Numbered from the stretch's first letter, positions 1-10,875 are shown. The stretch is DNA of 64,000 nucleotides from a virus (IMGVR_UViG_3300032315_001604:64001-128000); one strand, 5' to 3'. The notes: generated by a model from the letters alone, not told the origin. Translations and numbers: made by a program.

Positions 1-2
1 AA

Positions 3-827
3 GTTTTAAAAAATTGTATAGAAAATTTTGATGACGTTTTACAACTAGATATCATAGAATATCTTCTTTTGTGTTTAAAGTTGCGTATTACTAGTATTGG
101 AAATGTTTTAGAATTACAGATAAAGTCTGATGATGCTAATGTTAAATTTAAAAAAATAACTCTTGATTTACAAGAACTTTTAAAAAATATTTTGTTAGCT
201 GGTGAAAATTCATTAATTAATCAAAAATTAATATACGAAAATAAAAATTTAAACATTAGATTGGGATGGCCAAATATTAAGAGCGTAAAAACTTTTCATA
301 ATTTATTTTTTAGTGATTTTTCTTTTCAAGAAAAGGTTTTAATGACTATTCCTGAATTTATTAAAGAAATACAAATTGATGAAAATATTATCAATTTTAC
401 CGATTTAGATTTTGATCAAAAAGAAAAAATCATATTAAATTTTCCAGCATCAATAAAAAACGATATTCAAAATGCAGTTTTAGAAAATATTAGTAGTTTA
501 TCAAATTATAATATTTTTGAAATTTCTTTTTTTAAAGATCAAAAATTTAATTTTTATAACTTAATTTACATAGAGCTTATAAAATTAATTTTTTCTCAAG
601 CTCCAAAAAGAATATATGAAGAAATATACATATTATCCAACTTTAATATGAGTTCTGAATACGTTTTAAACATGTCTCCTTCAGAAAGAAAGATATACAT
701 ATCTTTCATAGAAGCCCAAAGAAAATCGCAAGAGGGACCATCAGAGCCTTCTAGTGTGCCATTAGAAGGTGCTAATCGATCTTTAGAAGATTTAGCAGTT
801 GAATTTGGAGATTTGCCTCCTAATTAA
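3..827 (+). CDS. Baseplate hub protein, T4 gp26-like N-terminus with gp51-like C-terminus; 5'-truncated by the window edge
   Basis: The frame is open from position 3 (VLKNCIENFDDVLQLDIIEYLLLCLKLRITSIGN), upstream of the TTG at 69 used by the ORF track. DIIEYLLLCLKLRITSIG resembles the gp26 DiEYlfLklRa.SiG motif, and EYVLNMSPSERKIYISFI resembles gp51. Confidence 0.7.
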   Translation, partial: VLKNCIENFDDVLQLDIIEYLLLCLKLRITSIGNVLELQIKSDDANVKFKKITLDLQELLKNILLAGENSLINQKLIYENKNLNIRLGWPNIKSVKTFHNLFFSDFSFQEKVLMTIPEFIKEIQIDENIINFTDLDFDQKEKIILNFPASIKNDIQNAVLENISSLSNYNIFEISFFKDQKFNFYNLIYIELIKLIFSQAPKRIYEEIYILSNFNMSSEYVLNMSPSERKIYISFIEAQRKSQEGPSEPSSVPLEGANRSLEDLAVEFGDLPPN

Positions 828-834
828 CTAATAT

Positions 835-1653
835 ATGCAACAAGATTTAAACTTTAACAATGCTTTAGAAGCAATTGAAGCTATTTCAAATAGTTTTACT
901 GTTGATGCATGGGTTCCGTCCAAAGAAAAATTTTATTCTTTTAAGGAAATCGATGCCAAACAGCAAAAAACACTGTTAAGTTCTGCAATGAATTCGTCAG
1001 TGTATAATACCAATTTTGTTAAAACTTTTTACAATATTTTAAAAGAAAATTCAATTAGTGAAGATAAAAAAGAAATAAATGATTTTACCATTTTTGACAA
1101 AGCTTCTATTGCTTTGGCACTAAAAAGTAAAATATCAAAAGAGGCAAATATTATTTTTGATGAAGATAAAAATAATATTAAAAAGATTGATATTATACCT
1201 ATCATTGAAAAATTCAAAAATTTTCAAACACCAGAATCTGAATATATTGAATTAAAAAACGAAGAGAATCATATTAAATTAAAAATAAGCATTCCAACAA
1301 TCGGTAAAGAATTGGATTATGAAGAAGAAATTCATAAAAAAGAAAAGAGAGTAGATGATATTAAAAATACTGAAGATATTCAGAAAATATTATCCGAAGC
1401 TTTTGTTGGAGAAACTTCAAAATATATTCAAAGCATCGAAATAAACAACGTAGATGTTAGCTTTGATAGTTATGATTTTTCTAAAAAAATTAAAATAGTA
1501 GAAAAACTACCTAGTGGATTGATTCAAAAAATATTGGAAGCCGTTTCTAAATGGAAAAAACAATTTGATGAAATTCTTAAAGTAGAATTTACAGAAAACG
1601 AAACCACGTATAAAAAGGTTCTTAGCATAGATAGTTTGCTTTTTTTGAGTTAA
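835..1653 (+). CDS. Baseplate hub subunit, second gp26-like protein
   Basis: 272 aa; FTIFDKASIALALKS and the ETSKYIQSIEI...LPSGLIQKILE segments resemble the gp26 family; baseplate context. Confidence 0.55.
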   Translation: MQQDLNFNNALEAIEAISNSFTVDAWVPSKEKFYSFKEIDAKQQKTLLSSAMNSSVYNTNFVKTFYNILKENSISEDKKEINDFTIFDKASIALALKSKISKEANIIFDEDKNNIKKIDIIPIIEKFKNFQTPESEYIELKNEENHIKLKISIPTIGKELDYEEEIHKKEKRVDDIKNTEDIQKILSEAFVGETSKYIQSIEINNVDVSFDSYDFSKKIKIVEKLPSGLIQKILEAVSKWKKQFDEILKVEFTENETTYKKVLSIDSLLFLS

Positions 1654-1669
1654 AATCATATATTAATCC

Positions 1670-1675
1670 TAAATA
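1670..1675 (+). promoter_or_regulatory. Late-promoter-like TAAATA core before the tape measure gene
   Basis: cTAAATA lies 7 nt before the ATG at 1683; the same motif recurs before many virion genes; the T4 late promoter is TATAAATA. Confidence 0.55.
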
Positions 1676-1682
1676 TTAATAT

Positions 1683-4037
1683 ATGGCAGATATCCCATAC
1701 GATGAGATATTATCAAAATTTGCTGGAAATCAGATAGATTCAAAAGAATTTTTAAATCTTTTATTCTCTACTGATGAAACGGGTATTGATTATCTACAAT
1801 CTTTAAAAAAAGAATTTAAAGACAAATACGTTACACCTGTTTTTAAAAAGGCATCGTCGTATTATTCCAAAATTGGGGAACAAATAGATAAAGGTTCAAA
1901 AAAAGAAAATTTAGATGCATTAAACGACCCGTTAGATATTGTTAAGTTAAATCAAGAATATAAAGAAAAAACTAAACAACTTTTTGAAAAAAAATTAAAA
2001 GAGATTGATGTATCTGTTAACATAGAAAATCCACAGCAAACTAGAAGTGTTATAGAAAAAATAAAAGATTTAACTTCAGTTAATGTTCCAGAAACTCAAC
2101 CACAAAATATTCAAGAGCAACAAACCTTTGGTGTAAAACCAACGGTTATTACTTTATCAGAAAAAACCATAGAAGATTTAACTAAAGTTTTAAATCTTAA
2201 TTTTAAAGGAATAAAAGAAGGAATAGGGTTAAAAACAGAAACAAAAGAAGAAGAGGCGGGTGGTGGTTTGTTAAGTACGTTAGCTGGATTATTGGCATTT
2301 GGTGGCGTTGCTGCCTTATTGGTATCGGCTTTTTGGGATAAAATTAAACCATGGTTGGAAGAAAAAATTGGTGTAAAATTAGGATTTTTAGACAAATTTG
2401 AAGGTTTAGTTGAAGGTATAGGTAAATTTTTTACTCTCGGTGGTTTAAAAATAACCGCTGGTCCTTTATTTAATTTGGTAGGAAAAGCATTTACAACATT
2501 TGGAGATTTATTAGAAGGCGGTTTAAAAGCTATTTTTCAATTAGGATTTGGTGATGAGATAGTAGAAGCAGGAACAAAAGCAGCACCTGCTGCTTGGAAA
2601 ACTCTTTTACCGAAAATTGCAGGGGGTTTATTTAAAGGTGCTGGAAAAGTTGCTTTAAGAGGCATTCCTATTATCGGAAGTTTGATTAGTTTTTACTTTG
2701 CATATGACCGTTTCCAAAAAGGAGAAGTTATACAAGGTTTAATAGAAATTGCAGGAGGATTAGCAGGTTTAATACCTGGTGTAGGAATACCTTTAAGCAT
2801 CGGTATAGCGGCTTTAAATGCCTTTATAGACTATAAAGTAGCAGATCTGCCACAAGATCAACAAAACGCCGCAGCAGGGGGAATTATAGGCGATATAGGG
2901 GCAAAAATATACGATATGATCAAAGATATACCTTTTGTTGGAGGTCTTGTCAAATTTGGTTTGGGTATATATGAGTTAGTTTCTGGTAATTTTTCTAAAG
3001 GATTGGACTATTTGGTAGAACAGCCGTATTTAGGTCCGTTTCCAGCACTTATTAAATCTTTAATGGGTGCAACAGTTGAACAAGCAGACGGCACTAAAAC
3101 CTTTTCTTTTGAAGGATTTCAGAAAGAATTAAAAACGAACATGTTTAAGTGGATCATAAGCATGGTTCCTAATGCTTGGGGTATGAGAGGCGGTATTGCC
3201 AAAATAATGGGATTGGAATATAATGATACAACAGGAGATATAACAGTAAGCGAAGATCCATTTAATTTAGAATCAATAAACAGTCAAGAAAAAAATAAAA
3301 ATGATAAAATAAGAAAAGATGTATTAGAAAAATATGGTACTTCTCAAGATATAGCAAATTCTTCAGAAAATTTACAAAAAATAAAAAATGAATTGGATGC
3401 TCTTAGAAAAGAACAACCTGCACTTAAAAAACAATATGATGATTTAGCAGCATGGTCATTAGAAGGATGGAATCCGTTTGCTGATGAACAAAAAGAAGTT
3501 GAAGCAAAAGCAAAATTAGAAGAAGTTGAAAGAAGAATGGCAATTTTAGGAAATCAATATTTAGATGCATCGCAAAAACAAAAAGATATGTCACAATATG
3601 CAAATGATGCAGGAGAACTTGATCCATCAAAAGTTACAACAGTTTTAAAAGATAAAATAAAGTTTTCTACAGCACCTAAAGATGATTTTGAATATAATGC
3701 AAACTATTCTAATTCGGTTTTATTTGATAATAAAACACAAACAGCAAATATTTTAAATCCTAATGACAATATTTTGGCATATAAAACGGATGGTGTTTTT
3801 GATAAAAGTTTAAAACAAATGACAGCACTAATGGATTCTATTAATAAAGGAATTTACAAAATGTCTTCAGTTTTAGAAACAAACGAAAGCATGAAAGGAC
3901 CATCAATTAATATTGCTGCATCACAAGATAATGGTGGAAACTATAAAGATGTAATATTAAGTGGTAGTAGAGATTCAATTTACGAATTAAGAAATAATTG
4001 GTGGAGAAGTACAACAAGTATCCGCGATTTTGCTTAA
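1683..4037 (+). CDS. Tape-measure-like tail protein (gp29 position)
   Basis: 784 aa, helical and Gly/Ala-rich, with hydrophobic segments (LLSTLAGLLAFGGVAALLVSAFW, LIEIAGGLAGLIPGVGIPLSIGIAAL); lies between hub and tube-cap genes. Confidence 0.6.
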   Translation: MADIPYDEILSKFAGNQIDSKEFLNLLFSTDETGIDYLQSLKKEFKDKYVTPVFKKASSYYSKIGEQIDKGSKKENLDALNDPLDIVKLNQEYKEKTKQLFEKKLKEIDVSVNIENPQQTRSVIEKIKDLTSVNVPETQPQNIQEQQTFGVKPTVITLSEKTIEDLTKVLNLNFKGIKEGIGLKTETKEEEAGGGLLSTLAGLLAFGGVAALLVSAFWDKIKPWLEEKIGVKLGFLDKFEGLVEGIGKFFTLGGLKITAGPLFNLVGKAFTTFGDLLEGGLKAIFQLGFGDEIVEAGTKAAPAAWKTLLPKIAGGLFKGAGKVALRGIPIIGSLISFYFAYDRFQKGEVIQGLIEIAGGLAGLIPGVGIPLSIGIAALNAFIDYKVADLPQDQQNAAAGGIIGDIGAKIYDMIKDIPFVGGLVKFGLGIYELVSGNFSKGLDYLVEQPYLGPFPALIKSLMGATVEQADGTKTFSFEGFQKELKTNMFKWIISMVPNAWGMRGGIAKIMGLEYNDTTGDITVSEDPFNLESINSQEKNKNDKIRKDVLEKYGTSQDIANSSENLQKIKNELDALRKEQPALKKQYDDLAAWSLEGWNPFADEQKEVEAKAKLEEVERRMAILGNQYLDASQKQKDMSQYANDAGELDPSKVTTVLKDKIKFSTAPKDDFEYNANYSNSVLFDNKTQTANILNPNDNILAYKTDGVFDKSLKQMTALMDSINKGIYKMSSVLETNESMKGPSINIAASQDNGGNYKDVILSGSRDSIYELRNNWWRSTTSIRDFA

Positions 4038-4051
4038 GTATAATATAAGAT

Positions 4052-5011
4052 ATGGGAAATATTTCAAAAAGTACTTTATATAAAGAAGTGAGTAGACCTT
4101 TTCCTATTTCACTTCCTTTTCTTAGTTTTAAGAGTACAACCAAATTGGAACCCGTTGGTAGCGGATTAATCGATGTTGTAAATTCATTTAAATGGAAAAA
4201 TTATGGTTCTGCTAGTGAAGTCCCATCAATTCTTTTAGATGAATATGAATTAAGTTTTGGTACTTGGGCGGCAAATTTAGCAAGACTTATGAAAATATAT
4301 AATGAAAGTGGTAATCTTGATCCATATCTTCCTTTATATAGTGTTGATAATAAAAATACAAATAGATTCAAATATCATATACCATACCTTTTAGGTGATG
4401 GGGCTAAAATTAGAACTATCCAAAACGAGTGGGGTAAATTTGAAGGCGGTATTGATAAAATGTTTAAAAGTACCCGTGGTGGCACATTAGATACTTTAGG
4501 ACAAGTGGCAGGATTTGTTGCTAGTGGATTTACACCTGGTGTAGGATTTGAAGAAATTTATGAATATAAAAATACTTCTTTAGAAGAAATTACTGTTACC
4601 TTTCCTTTGTATAATACTGGATCAGTCACTGATGCTTATAAAAATTATAATTTTGTCACTTTATTAACTTTTCAAAATTTAAAAACTAGAACTTCTTTTT
4701 TAACATATATACCACCTAGAATTTACACCGTTTCTACTAATAATTGTTTAGGTGGTTTATATTGGCCTGTGGCAGTAATTTCTAGACTTTCGATTGAAAG
4801 TATTGGTACTACCAGAGAATTAAATGAATTTGGAGGAAGACCGATTTTAATGCCAGAGGCATTTAAAATAAGTATTACGCTTAAACAAATAGTATCAAAC
4901 AGTTCTAATATTTTTGAAGGAGCAGTTGGTGGTACTAAAGTAGATGTAACGGTAGTAGCTAAAGATGAAGCACAAGAAATATTTAATAATATAGCAAATT
5001 ATTTTAGTTAA
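4052..5011 (+). CDS. Baseplate tail-tube cap/initiator, gp48/gp54-like
   Basis: VTFPL...YIPPRIYTV...AVISRLSIE...MPEAFKISITLKQ tube-fold pattern; follows the tape measure as in T4 29-48-54. Confidence 0.5.
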   Translation: MGNISKSTLYKEVSRPFPISLPFLSFKSTTKLEPVGSGLIDVVNSFKWKNYGSASEVPSILLDEYELSFGTWAANLARLMKIYNESGNLDPYLPLYSVDNKNTNRFKYHIPYLLGDGAKIRTIQNEWGKFEGGIDKMFKSTRGGTLDTLGQVAGFVASGFTPGVGFEEIYEYKNTSLEEITVTFPLYNTGSVTDAYKNYNFVTLLTFQNLKTRTSFLTYIPPRIYTVSTNNCLGGLYWPVAVISRLSIESIGTTRELNEFGGRPILMPEAFKISITLKQIVSNSSNIFEGAVGGTKVDVTVVAKDEAQEIFNNIANYFS

Positions 5012-5012
5012 A

Positions 5013-5375
5013 ATGCAAAATCAAAATAATATACCAGACTTACCAAAATTATCATTGTATAGATATGAAAATTTTTTCAATATCTATAATGATGAAAAAA
5101 GTGATGTTAGATTTTATAATCTATTAAGAAATATTAGTATTTTTCCAGCTACAGATACTTCAGTGGAAGAAGATTATATTGTTGAATATGGTGATACTTG
5201 GGGTTACATTTCATACAAAAAATATAATACTTTAGATTTATGGTGGTTAATTTGTGCATACAACCAAATACAAAATCCGATTGATATGCCTGATTCTGGT
5301 ACTAAAATAAAAATTTTAAGATCTGATTATGTATATCCTATTATAGGATCTCTTTTGAATCAAATTCAATCTTAA
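5013..5375 (+). CDS. gp53: Baseplate wedge protein gp53-like (LysM-like)
   Basis: YIVEYGDTWGYISYKKYNTLDLWWLICAYNQIQNP...GTKIKI is a typical gp53/LysM motif. Confidence 0.75.
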   Translation: MQNQNNIPDLPKLSLYRYENFFNIYNDEKSDVRFYNLLRNISIFPATDTSVEEDYIVEYGDTWGYISYKKYNTLDLWWLICAYNQIQNPIDMPDSGTKIKILRSDYVYPIIGSLLNQIQS

Positions 5376-5754
5376 GAAATTTTTCTATATCAAAATAAAA
5401 ACGTACATCAATAAATTTTTTTAATCTTTTATTTAATTTCGAAGTTGTATAACAATATATAATATTATCTACTTTTATAAAAAAGAGTTCAGGCAAAGTT
5501 TTTTCAAAAATATATAATTCTAATTCAATATTTTGATTTTCATCTAAAAAATATTGAAATTCTTTTTCAGAAATATCTTGTAATTTATTATGTTCAACCA
5601 AATCTAATATTTTATTTTCGAAAGTTTCCCATAAGCCTTTTTTATTTTTAGTAGAAAGATTATATATTGACCAAATACTTTGATATTTATATATCATATC
5701 TTCATTTGTTTTTCGATTGTTCTCTGAAAATATATCTAAAGATGAAACTTTCAT
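5341..5754 (-). CDS. Hypothetical protein
   Basis: 137-aa ORF filling the gap, divergent from terminase; TAAATA 12 nt upstream on -. Confidence 0.5.
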   Translation of the reverse strand: MKVSSLDIFSENNRKTNEDMIYKYQSIWSIYNLSTKNKKGLWETFENKILDLVEHNKLQDISEKEFQYFLDENQNIELELYIFEKTLPELFFIKVDNIIYCYTTSKLNKRLKKFIDVRFYFDIEKFLKIEFDSKEIL

Positions 5755-5778
5755 ATTTCTAATAAGTATTTATTAATC

Positions 5779-7641
5779 ATGGGAAGAAAAAAAAAGGAAG
5801 ACGCTGAAAACGATAATATAAACGAAATGCCATTAGAAGATATTATGGTAGACGCATCCTTTTATAAAGGAAACGAAAATCTTTTAAGAGGAAATTCTCA
5901 GTTCAAATGGACTGATAAAATGATTGATGAGTTAAAACTTTGTAACAAAAGTATCTTACATTTTGCCGAAAATTACTTTTTTATTACAACTCTCGATGAA
6001 GGAAAAAAGAAAATAGAACTTTATAAATATCAAAAAAAGCTTTTAAAAGCATTTAAAAATAATCGTTTTAATATAGTTCTATCAAGCCGTCAATCAGGAA
6101 AAACAACAACAATTACTATATATGCTTTATGGATAGTGTGTTTCCAATCTGATAAAAGGATTACTATTGTTGCTAATAAAGAATCAACAGCAAAAGAAAT
6201 TTTTGCGAGAATTAAAATGGCATTCGAACAACTTCCTGTTTGGATGAAACCTAGTGTAAAATCATGGCGAAAAGATGGTTTTCAGCTTGCCAACGACTCT
6301 GCAATTACTGTTAGTACGACATCTTCTGCTGGTCCTCGCGGATCTACCAGTAATCTTTTGATTATTGATGAGATGGCACACTGTCCTAATGAATTGATGA
6401 AAGAACTTTGGAAGTCTGCTATTCCTATTATATCATCTTCTAAAAAATCACAAATTGTTGTTATTAGTACTGCAAAAGGAACAGACAATAAATTTTATGA
6501 AATTTATCAGGAATCGCAAAAAGAAAATAGCGATTGGCATTTGGAAGTAGTTAATTGGTGGGATGTGCCAGGTCGTGACGATGAATGGAAACGTGAAACC
6601 GTGTCAGCAATGGGATCAAAAGAAGACTTTGATCAAGAGTTTGGAAATGTTTTCCATGAACCAGGAAAAACTGCAATAGATTCAGAACTTTTAGAAGAAT
6701 TAAAAAGTCAAAGTACAGATCCTGTATTAGTGTTAGATAATGGAAATTATAAAATTTTTAAAGAACCAAATCCAGAAAGTTTTTATGTTATAGGTGTGGA
6801 CGTAGGAGAAGGAATTGGTAGGTCTAATACAGTAGCACAAATTTTAGATGTTTCGGATTTAACGTCAATCAAACAAGTTGCTGTTTATTCAACAAATCAA
6901 ATGAGTCCTTTTCATTTCGGTACTAGATTAATGGGTATATTAGATGATTGGGGAAGACCTCCAATACTAGTTGAAAACAATAATAATGGTCAACAGGTTC
7001 TAGATGTTTTATGCCACACTCACAATTATGAATCCGTAGTTTCTTATTATTTTGATGGATTTAGTAAACATTACAATAAAGAAAATAGATTCGGCATTCA
7101 TAATCATACAAATACAAGATATAAAGGAATTACTAATTTAAGATATTGGATTAACAGTTTAAAAGCTGTACAGTTCCATGATATTGAAACTCTTTTAGAA
7201 TTGCAAAATTTTGTTAGATTGCCAAATTATACATTTAGTAAAAGAAAAGACGATGATTTAGATGATAGAGTTTTTGCTTTAGTTTGGGCTTTATTTATAT
7301 TAGATCCTACAGTCGCTTCAAAATATTATCAAATTGTCGATACTGATGATCAAGGAAGACCTCTAAAAATAAAACCTTTAGTTGATAATACAGAATTGAT
7401 AAAAAAAAGTCCTTTGTTTTATGGTCAAGTTTCTAATTTTAAAAAAACCGCAAATACGAATAATTCTTTTGCTTATGTTGGAAAATTTGATCAAAATTTA
7501 CCAGCAACTGTACATCAAGATATGTCTGAACTTCAAAGCTGGTTATTAAGGTGGGGTACTCCCACAGAAGAAAAAAAAGAAGAAAAGGGCGAAAATGATA
7601 AGTTATTAGGAGAAGAATATAGACCAGTAATGGTGTTTTAA
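5779..7641 (+). CDS. gp17: Terminase large subunit
   Basis: Walker A SSRQSGKTTT, Walker B LLIIDEMAH, coupling motif VVISTAKG, RNase H-like nuclease VIGVDVGEG and DDRVFA. Confidence 0.95.
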   Translation: MGRKKKEDAENDNINEMPLEDIMVDASFYKGNENLLRGNSQFKWTDKMIDELKLCNKSILHFAENYFFITTLDEGKKKIELYKYQKKLLKAFKNNRFNIVLSSRQSGKTTTITIYALWIVCFQSDKRITIVANKESTAKEIFARIKMAFEQLPVWMKPSVKSWRKDGFQLANDSAITVSTTSSAGPRGSTSNLLIIDEMAHCPNELMKELWKSAIPIISSSKKSQIVVISTAKGTDNKFYEIYQESQKENSDWHLEVVNWWDVPGRDDEWKRETVSAMGSKEDFDQEFGNVFHEPGKTAIDSELLEELKSQSTDPVLVLDNGNYKIFKEPNPESFYVIGVDVGEGIGRSNTVAQILDVSDLTSIKQVAVYSTNQMSPFHFGTRLMGILDDWGRPPILVENNNNGQQVLDVLCHTHNYESVVSYYFDGFSKHYNKENRFGIHNHTNTRYKGITNLRYWINSLKAVQFHDIETLLELQNFVRLPNYTFSKRKDDDLDDRVFALVWALFILDPTVASKYYQIVDTDDQGRPLKIKPLVDNTELIKKSPLFYGQVSNFKKTANTNNSFAYVGKFDQNLPATVHQDMSELQSWLLRWGTPTEEKKEEKGENDKLLGEEYRPVMVF

Positions 7642-7644
7642 TTT

Positions 7645-8250
7645 ATGAATCAAGCAATTTTAAACAAATCACGTAATGATAAATTTCTATTAGTATTAGA
7701 CATACCAATAGAATTAAAAAAAAGATTTGATGCAGTTTTAGGAAAAAAATATAATGCCGATACGATTCAGTTTACAACCTTCGGATCACCTGTTCCTGCT
7801 GTTTCTGTTCCTAGTATTGATGTTCCTTATGATGGACAAGTATACAAAGCATCATCATTATCTCGTCCATCATATCAACCTTTAAATATTAGATTTTTTG
7901 TTGATAATGGTTATCAAAATTATTGGCTTATATGGCAATGGTTAAATATGTTTAACAATGCAAAAGAATCTACATCATTAATTGGTGTAGAAGAAGTACC
8001 AAGAGGAAATCGCATTGATGTTAATTTAGGTATATCTATGAAAGATTTGGTATCTATTTTTAGCATTTATGCTTTAGACGAATATAATAATAAGATTATT
8101 TCTTTTACATACAATCATGCATTTCCTGTATCTTTAGGAGAAATTAACTATTCACATCAAGATCCGTCTGAAATTACTTCTGTTGTGGGATTTGCTTTTA
8201 ATCAATTGGAAGTAAAACTTTTGAAAAACGTAAACGAAGCTACGTGTTAA
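7645..8250 (+). CDS. Tail tube terminator/completion protein, gp3-like (tube fold)
   Basis: PLNIRFFVDNGYQNYWLIWQWL and AFPVSLGEINY match gp3/gp19-fold motifs. Confidence 0.65.
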   Translation: MNQAILNKSRNDKFLLVLDIPIELKKRFDAVLGKKYNADTIQFTTFGSPVPAVSVPSIDVPYDGQVYKASSLSRPSYQPLNIRFFVDNGYQNYWLIWQWLNMFNNAKESTSLIGVEEVPRGNRIDVNLGISMKDLVSIFSIYALDEYNNKIISFTYNHAFPVSLGEINYSHQDPSEITSVVGFAFNQLEVKLLKNVNEATC

Positions 8251-8256
8251 TTTTTT

Positions 8257-9987
8257 ATGGCTACTTTTGATCTTAATAGTACAGCATCAGATTTTACTGC
8301 GGGATTAAATCCAGGAAATGCTACTACACCTATTGAATATTGGGATTCGCAAAAACAACAAAGAAGATTTATACATCAAATTCGTGATCAATTTTATTAC
8401 ATTGAAATTTGGTTATACAACCAAATTGAAGGTCAAAAACCATTTCCTGTTCCTTTCTATTTTGTAAATTCTTTAGCGATTGAAGAAACTTTAATGGATT
8501 GGTTTGTTAAAGGCTGGATTGTTTTTAATAATAATTTTGAAATATTAGAAAGAGGATCAAATAGTAGAGGTTCTGGTACAACTGCCAAAGATAAAATTGA
8601 TGCTCCATACATTTTTAGAACTGATGGAAGAAACAGAATTTCTATAAAAATTTATCCTATACCAAATAATCAAAATTATAGTATTAATATAGGTCAAAGC
8701 GAATCTGAATTACCTAAAAATAAATGGGAAATGTCTTTTGATTGTGTGATATATGATGTTGAAGATTTACCAACTGGTAGTGCTCAAGTAAAATTAAAAA
8801 AATTTTATTTTTGGGATGAAAGGTATCAAATCTTTTTAGAAAAAAATATAGAATGGTCAACAAGTAAAGGCGAAAATGCATGGACACTACCTGATAATAA
8901 AAGAGGAATGTCAGCAAATAAGGCATTATTAGATTTAATTGAAACTGCTTCTTTAAAAGATCCAAAAAGCTCTTTTGAAAATCCTGCTAATATTATTAAA
9001 GTAGGATACTATGAAGGGGGAAGAATCGATAACCCAACTATTGCTTTAAATTATAGTGATTTGTCTTGGGATATGGGGGCTAATACAACTATTACAAAAA
9101 AATTAGTTGATAATACAGAAATTTCTTATAATAACGATTTAATATTTTATACATCACCAGCAAATAATAATGTTTTAGATGACATAGAATATATATTATC
9201 TAATGTAATATCTAAAGAAGGAAATCCTGCATTTTTAAGATTTGGTCGTTCTACTGAAGATAAAGTTTGGAATTTGATAGGATTAGAAAAATATTTCCGT
9301 GATGCGGAAAAAGAACAAGTGGAAAGACTTTTTATTGAAGATGGAGTTGAACCAACAAAACCATATATTCCTAGAGCACCATCAGATTTTAGTAGTGATA
9401 TACAAAATTTTATGTCTGGTATTGCGTCTAGAATTCATCAATATAAATTTTCACCAATGGTGGCAGTAGATGACAATAGAATATTAAATAGTCCTTTACA
9501 TCATTATGATTTTACAACTGGTAGATTTAATATTTTTTATGGTGAAAATACAGCAAAAGAGGTTATAAATCAAATGACTAATGCGGGAAAACAAGGTCTT
9601 CACTCTTTAAAGCAAGCCAGTTCCCATGTACTTTTAAATTTAAATCAAACTAAAAATACTGGTATTATGTTAAATAATATGTTTTCCCCCAAATCCTTCA
9701 TTCCAACGAATTTTCCAAAAATTCAGATGATGAAAGATGCTTTGTATTTAAATGAATCTTTATGTTTTGTTACAAATGGATTGACGATTAGATCTCCAGG
9801 TCGATTTATATTCATAGATCACGTAAATTCAAATGAAGCTAATCCATTTGATGATAGATTTTTAGGCCAATGGATGATTACAAAAGTTGTACATCTTTTT
9901 ACTCAAGATAATTATGTTACAGAAGTCGTGGCTAATAAAATTGATGCGTTTAGTCGTTTATGGCCAAATGAAGATAAAAATTTATGA
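8257..9987 (+). CDS. Baseplate hub protein, gp27/GpD-like
   Basis: 576 aa; C-terminal NGLTIRSPGRFI...LGQWMITKVVHLFTQDNYVTEV is typical of central hub proteins. Confidence 0.55.
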   Translation: MATFDLNSTASDFTAGLNPGNATTPIEYWDSQKQQRRFIHQIRDQFYYIEIWLYNQIEGQKPFPVPFYFVNSLAIEETLMDWFVKGWIVFNNNFEILERGSNSRGSGTTAKDKIDAPYIFRTDGRNRISIKIYPIPNNQNYSINIGQSESELPKNKWEMSFDCVIYDVEDLPTGSAQVKLKKFYFWDERYQIFLEKNIEWSTSKGENAWTLPDNKRGMSANKALLDLIETASLKDPKSSFENPANIIKVGYYEGGRIDNPTIALNYSDLSWDMGANTTITKKLVDNTEISYNNDLIFYTSPANNNVLDDIEYILSNVISKEGNPAFLRFGRSTEDKVWNLIGLEKYFRDAEKEQVERLFIEDGVEPTKPYIPRAPSDFSSDIQNFMSGIASRIHQYKFSPMVAVDDNRILNSPLHHYDFTTGRFNIFYGENTAKEVINQMTNAGKQGLHSLKQASSHVLLNLNQTKNTGIMLNNMFSPKSFIPTNFPKIQMMKDALYLNESLCFVTNGLTIRSPGRFIFIDHVNSNEANPFDDRFLGQWMITKVVHLFTQDNYVTEVVANKIDAFSRLWPNEDKNL

Positions 9988-10298
9988 TTAGTAAAGAACA
10001 ATTAAAGGCAAAATTAGAAAGAAGTAAAATTCAAGAGTTGCAAGGATCTAATAGAAATCCTTACCCAAGTACATTACAAATGGCTAAAAATTTGGGATCT
10101 TCTGTTGTGAGAAATATTCAAAGTGTAGCAGCAGGTAATGATTTAAGATTATCGGAAGATGATGCAAATCGACGTTTAGCAATTTGTCAACAATGTGAAT
10201 TTTTTAGAGAAGATCAAAAAAGATGTGGAAAATGCGGATGCTTTATGTCTGTTAAAACATATTTAAAAGCAGAAAGATGTCCTATCGGTAAGTGGTAA
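9984..10298 (+). CDS. Small Cys-rich protein (DUF6171-like)
   Basis: RRLAICQQC...RCGKCGCFMSVKT...CPIGKW. Confidence 0.6.
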   Translation: MISKEQLKAKLERSKIQELQGSNRNPYPSTLQMAKNLGSSVVRNIQSVAAGNDLRLSEDDANRRLAICQQCEFFREDQKRCGKCGCFMSVKTYLKAERCPIGKW

Positions 10299-10875
10299 AA
10301 AATTTTTTTAAAATTTCAGTCGCATGAAAATCTAAGATTTTTTTATCATGGTCTGAATTTTCATTTAAACTATCCCAATTTAAATGGTAGTCTGCTAACT
10401 TTTTAATAATATTATTATTAATTCTTTCTGTTTCATTAGCATCAAAAATATTTTTTCTCTCAATAAAAATTAAAAAACCATTTGCTTCATTTTTTAACCA
10501 ATACATTTCGTCTTGAGGATATTCAACATATCGAATATCGGGTATTATGTTTATTTTTCCTTTAATTTTTTCAAAACTATCAATAAAGTAACGTCCTTCG
10601 GTTTTATTTCTCATCAATTTACCATATTCTATCAAAAGTGGACGAATTAGTTCTTTTTCTTCATTATTTTCAGTAAAGGAATCTAAATTAATATTAATTT
10701 TTAACAAATCTTTTAAATCTTGTTTTACTTTATCTCCTGCTATAGATCTGCGAATTCCTTCTAAATTGTAGGAATTTTTTAGAACTCTTATTAAAGCCCT
10801 ACATAATGTGTCTTTTCCTGATCTGGCAGCACCAGCAATACCTATAATATTATGGATTTTTGAGTCTTCAGGCAT
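10282..10875 (-). CDS. Deoxynucleoside monophosphate kinase, gp1-like
   Basis: P-loop IGIAGAARSGKDT, followed by RPLLIEYG and IIPDIRY. Confidence 0.75.
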   Translation of the reverse strand: MPEDSKIHNIIGIAGAARSGKDTLCRALIRVLKNSYNLEGIRRSIAGDKVKQDLKDLLKININLDSFTENNEEKELIRPLLIEYGKLMRNKTEGRYFIDSFEKIKGKINIIPDIRYVEYPQDEMYWLKNEANGFLIFIERKNIFDANETERINNNIIKKLADYHLNWDSLNENSDHDKKILDFHATEILKKFFTTYR

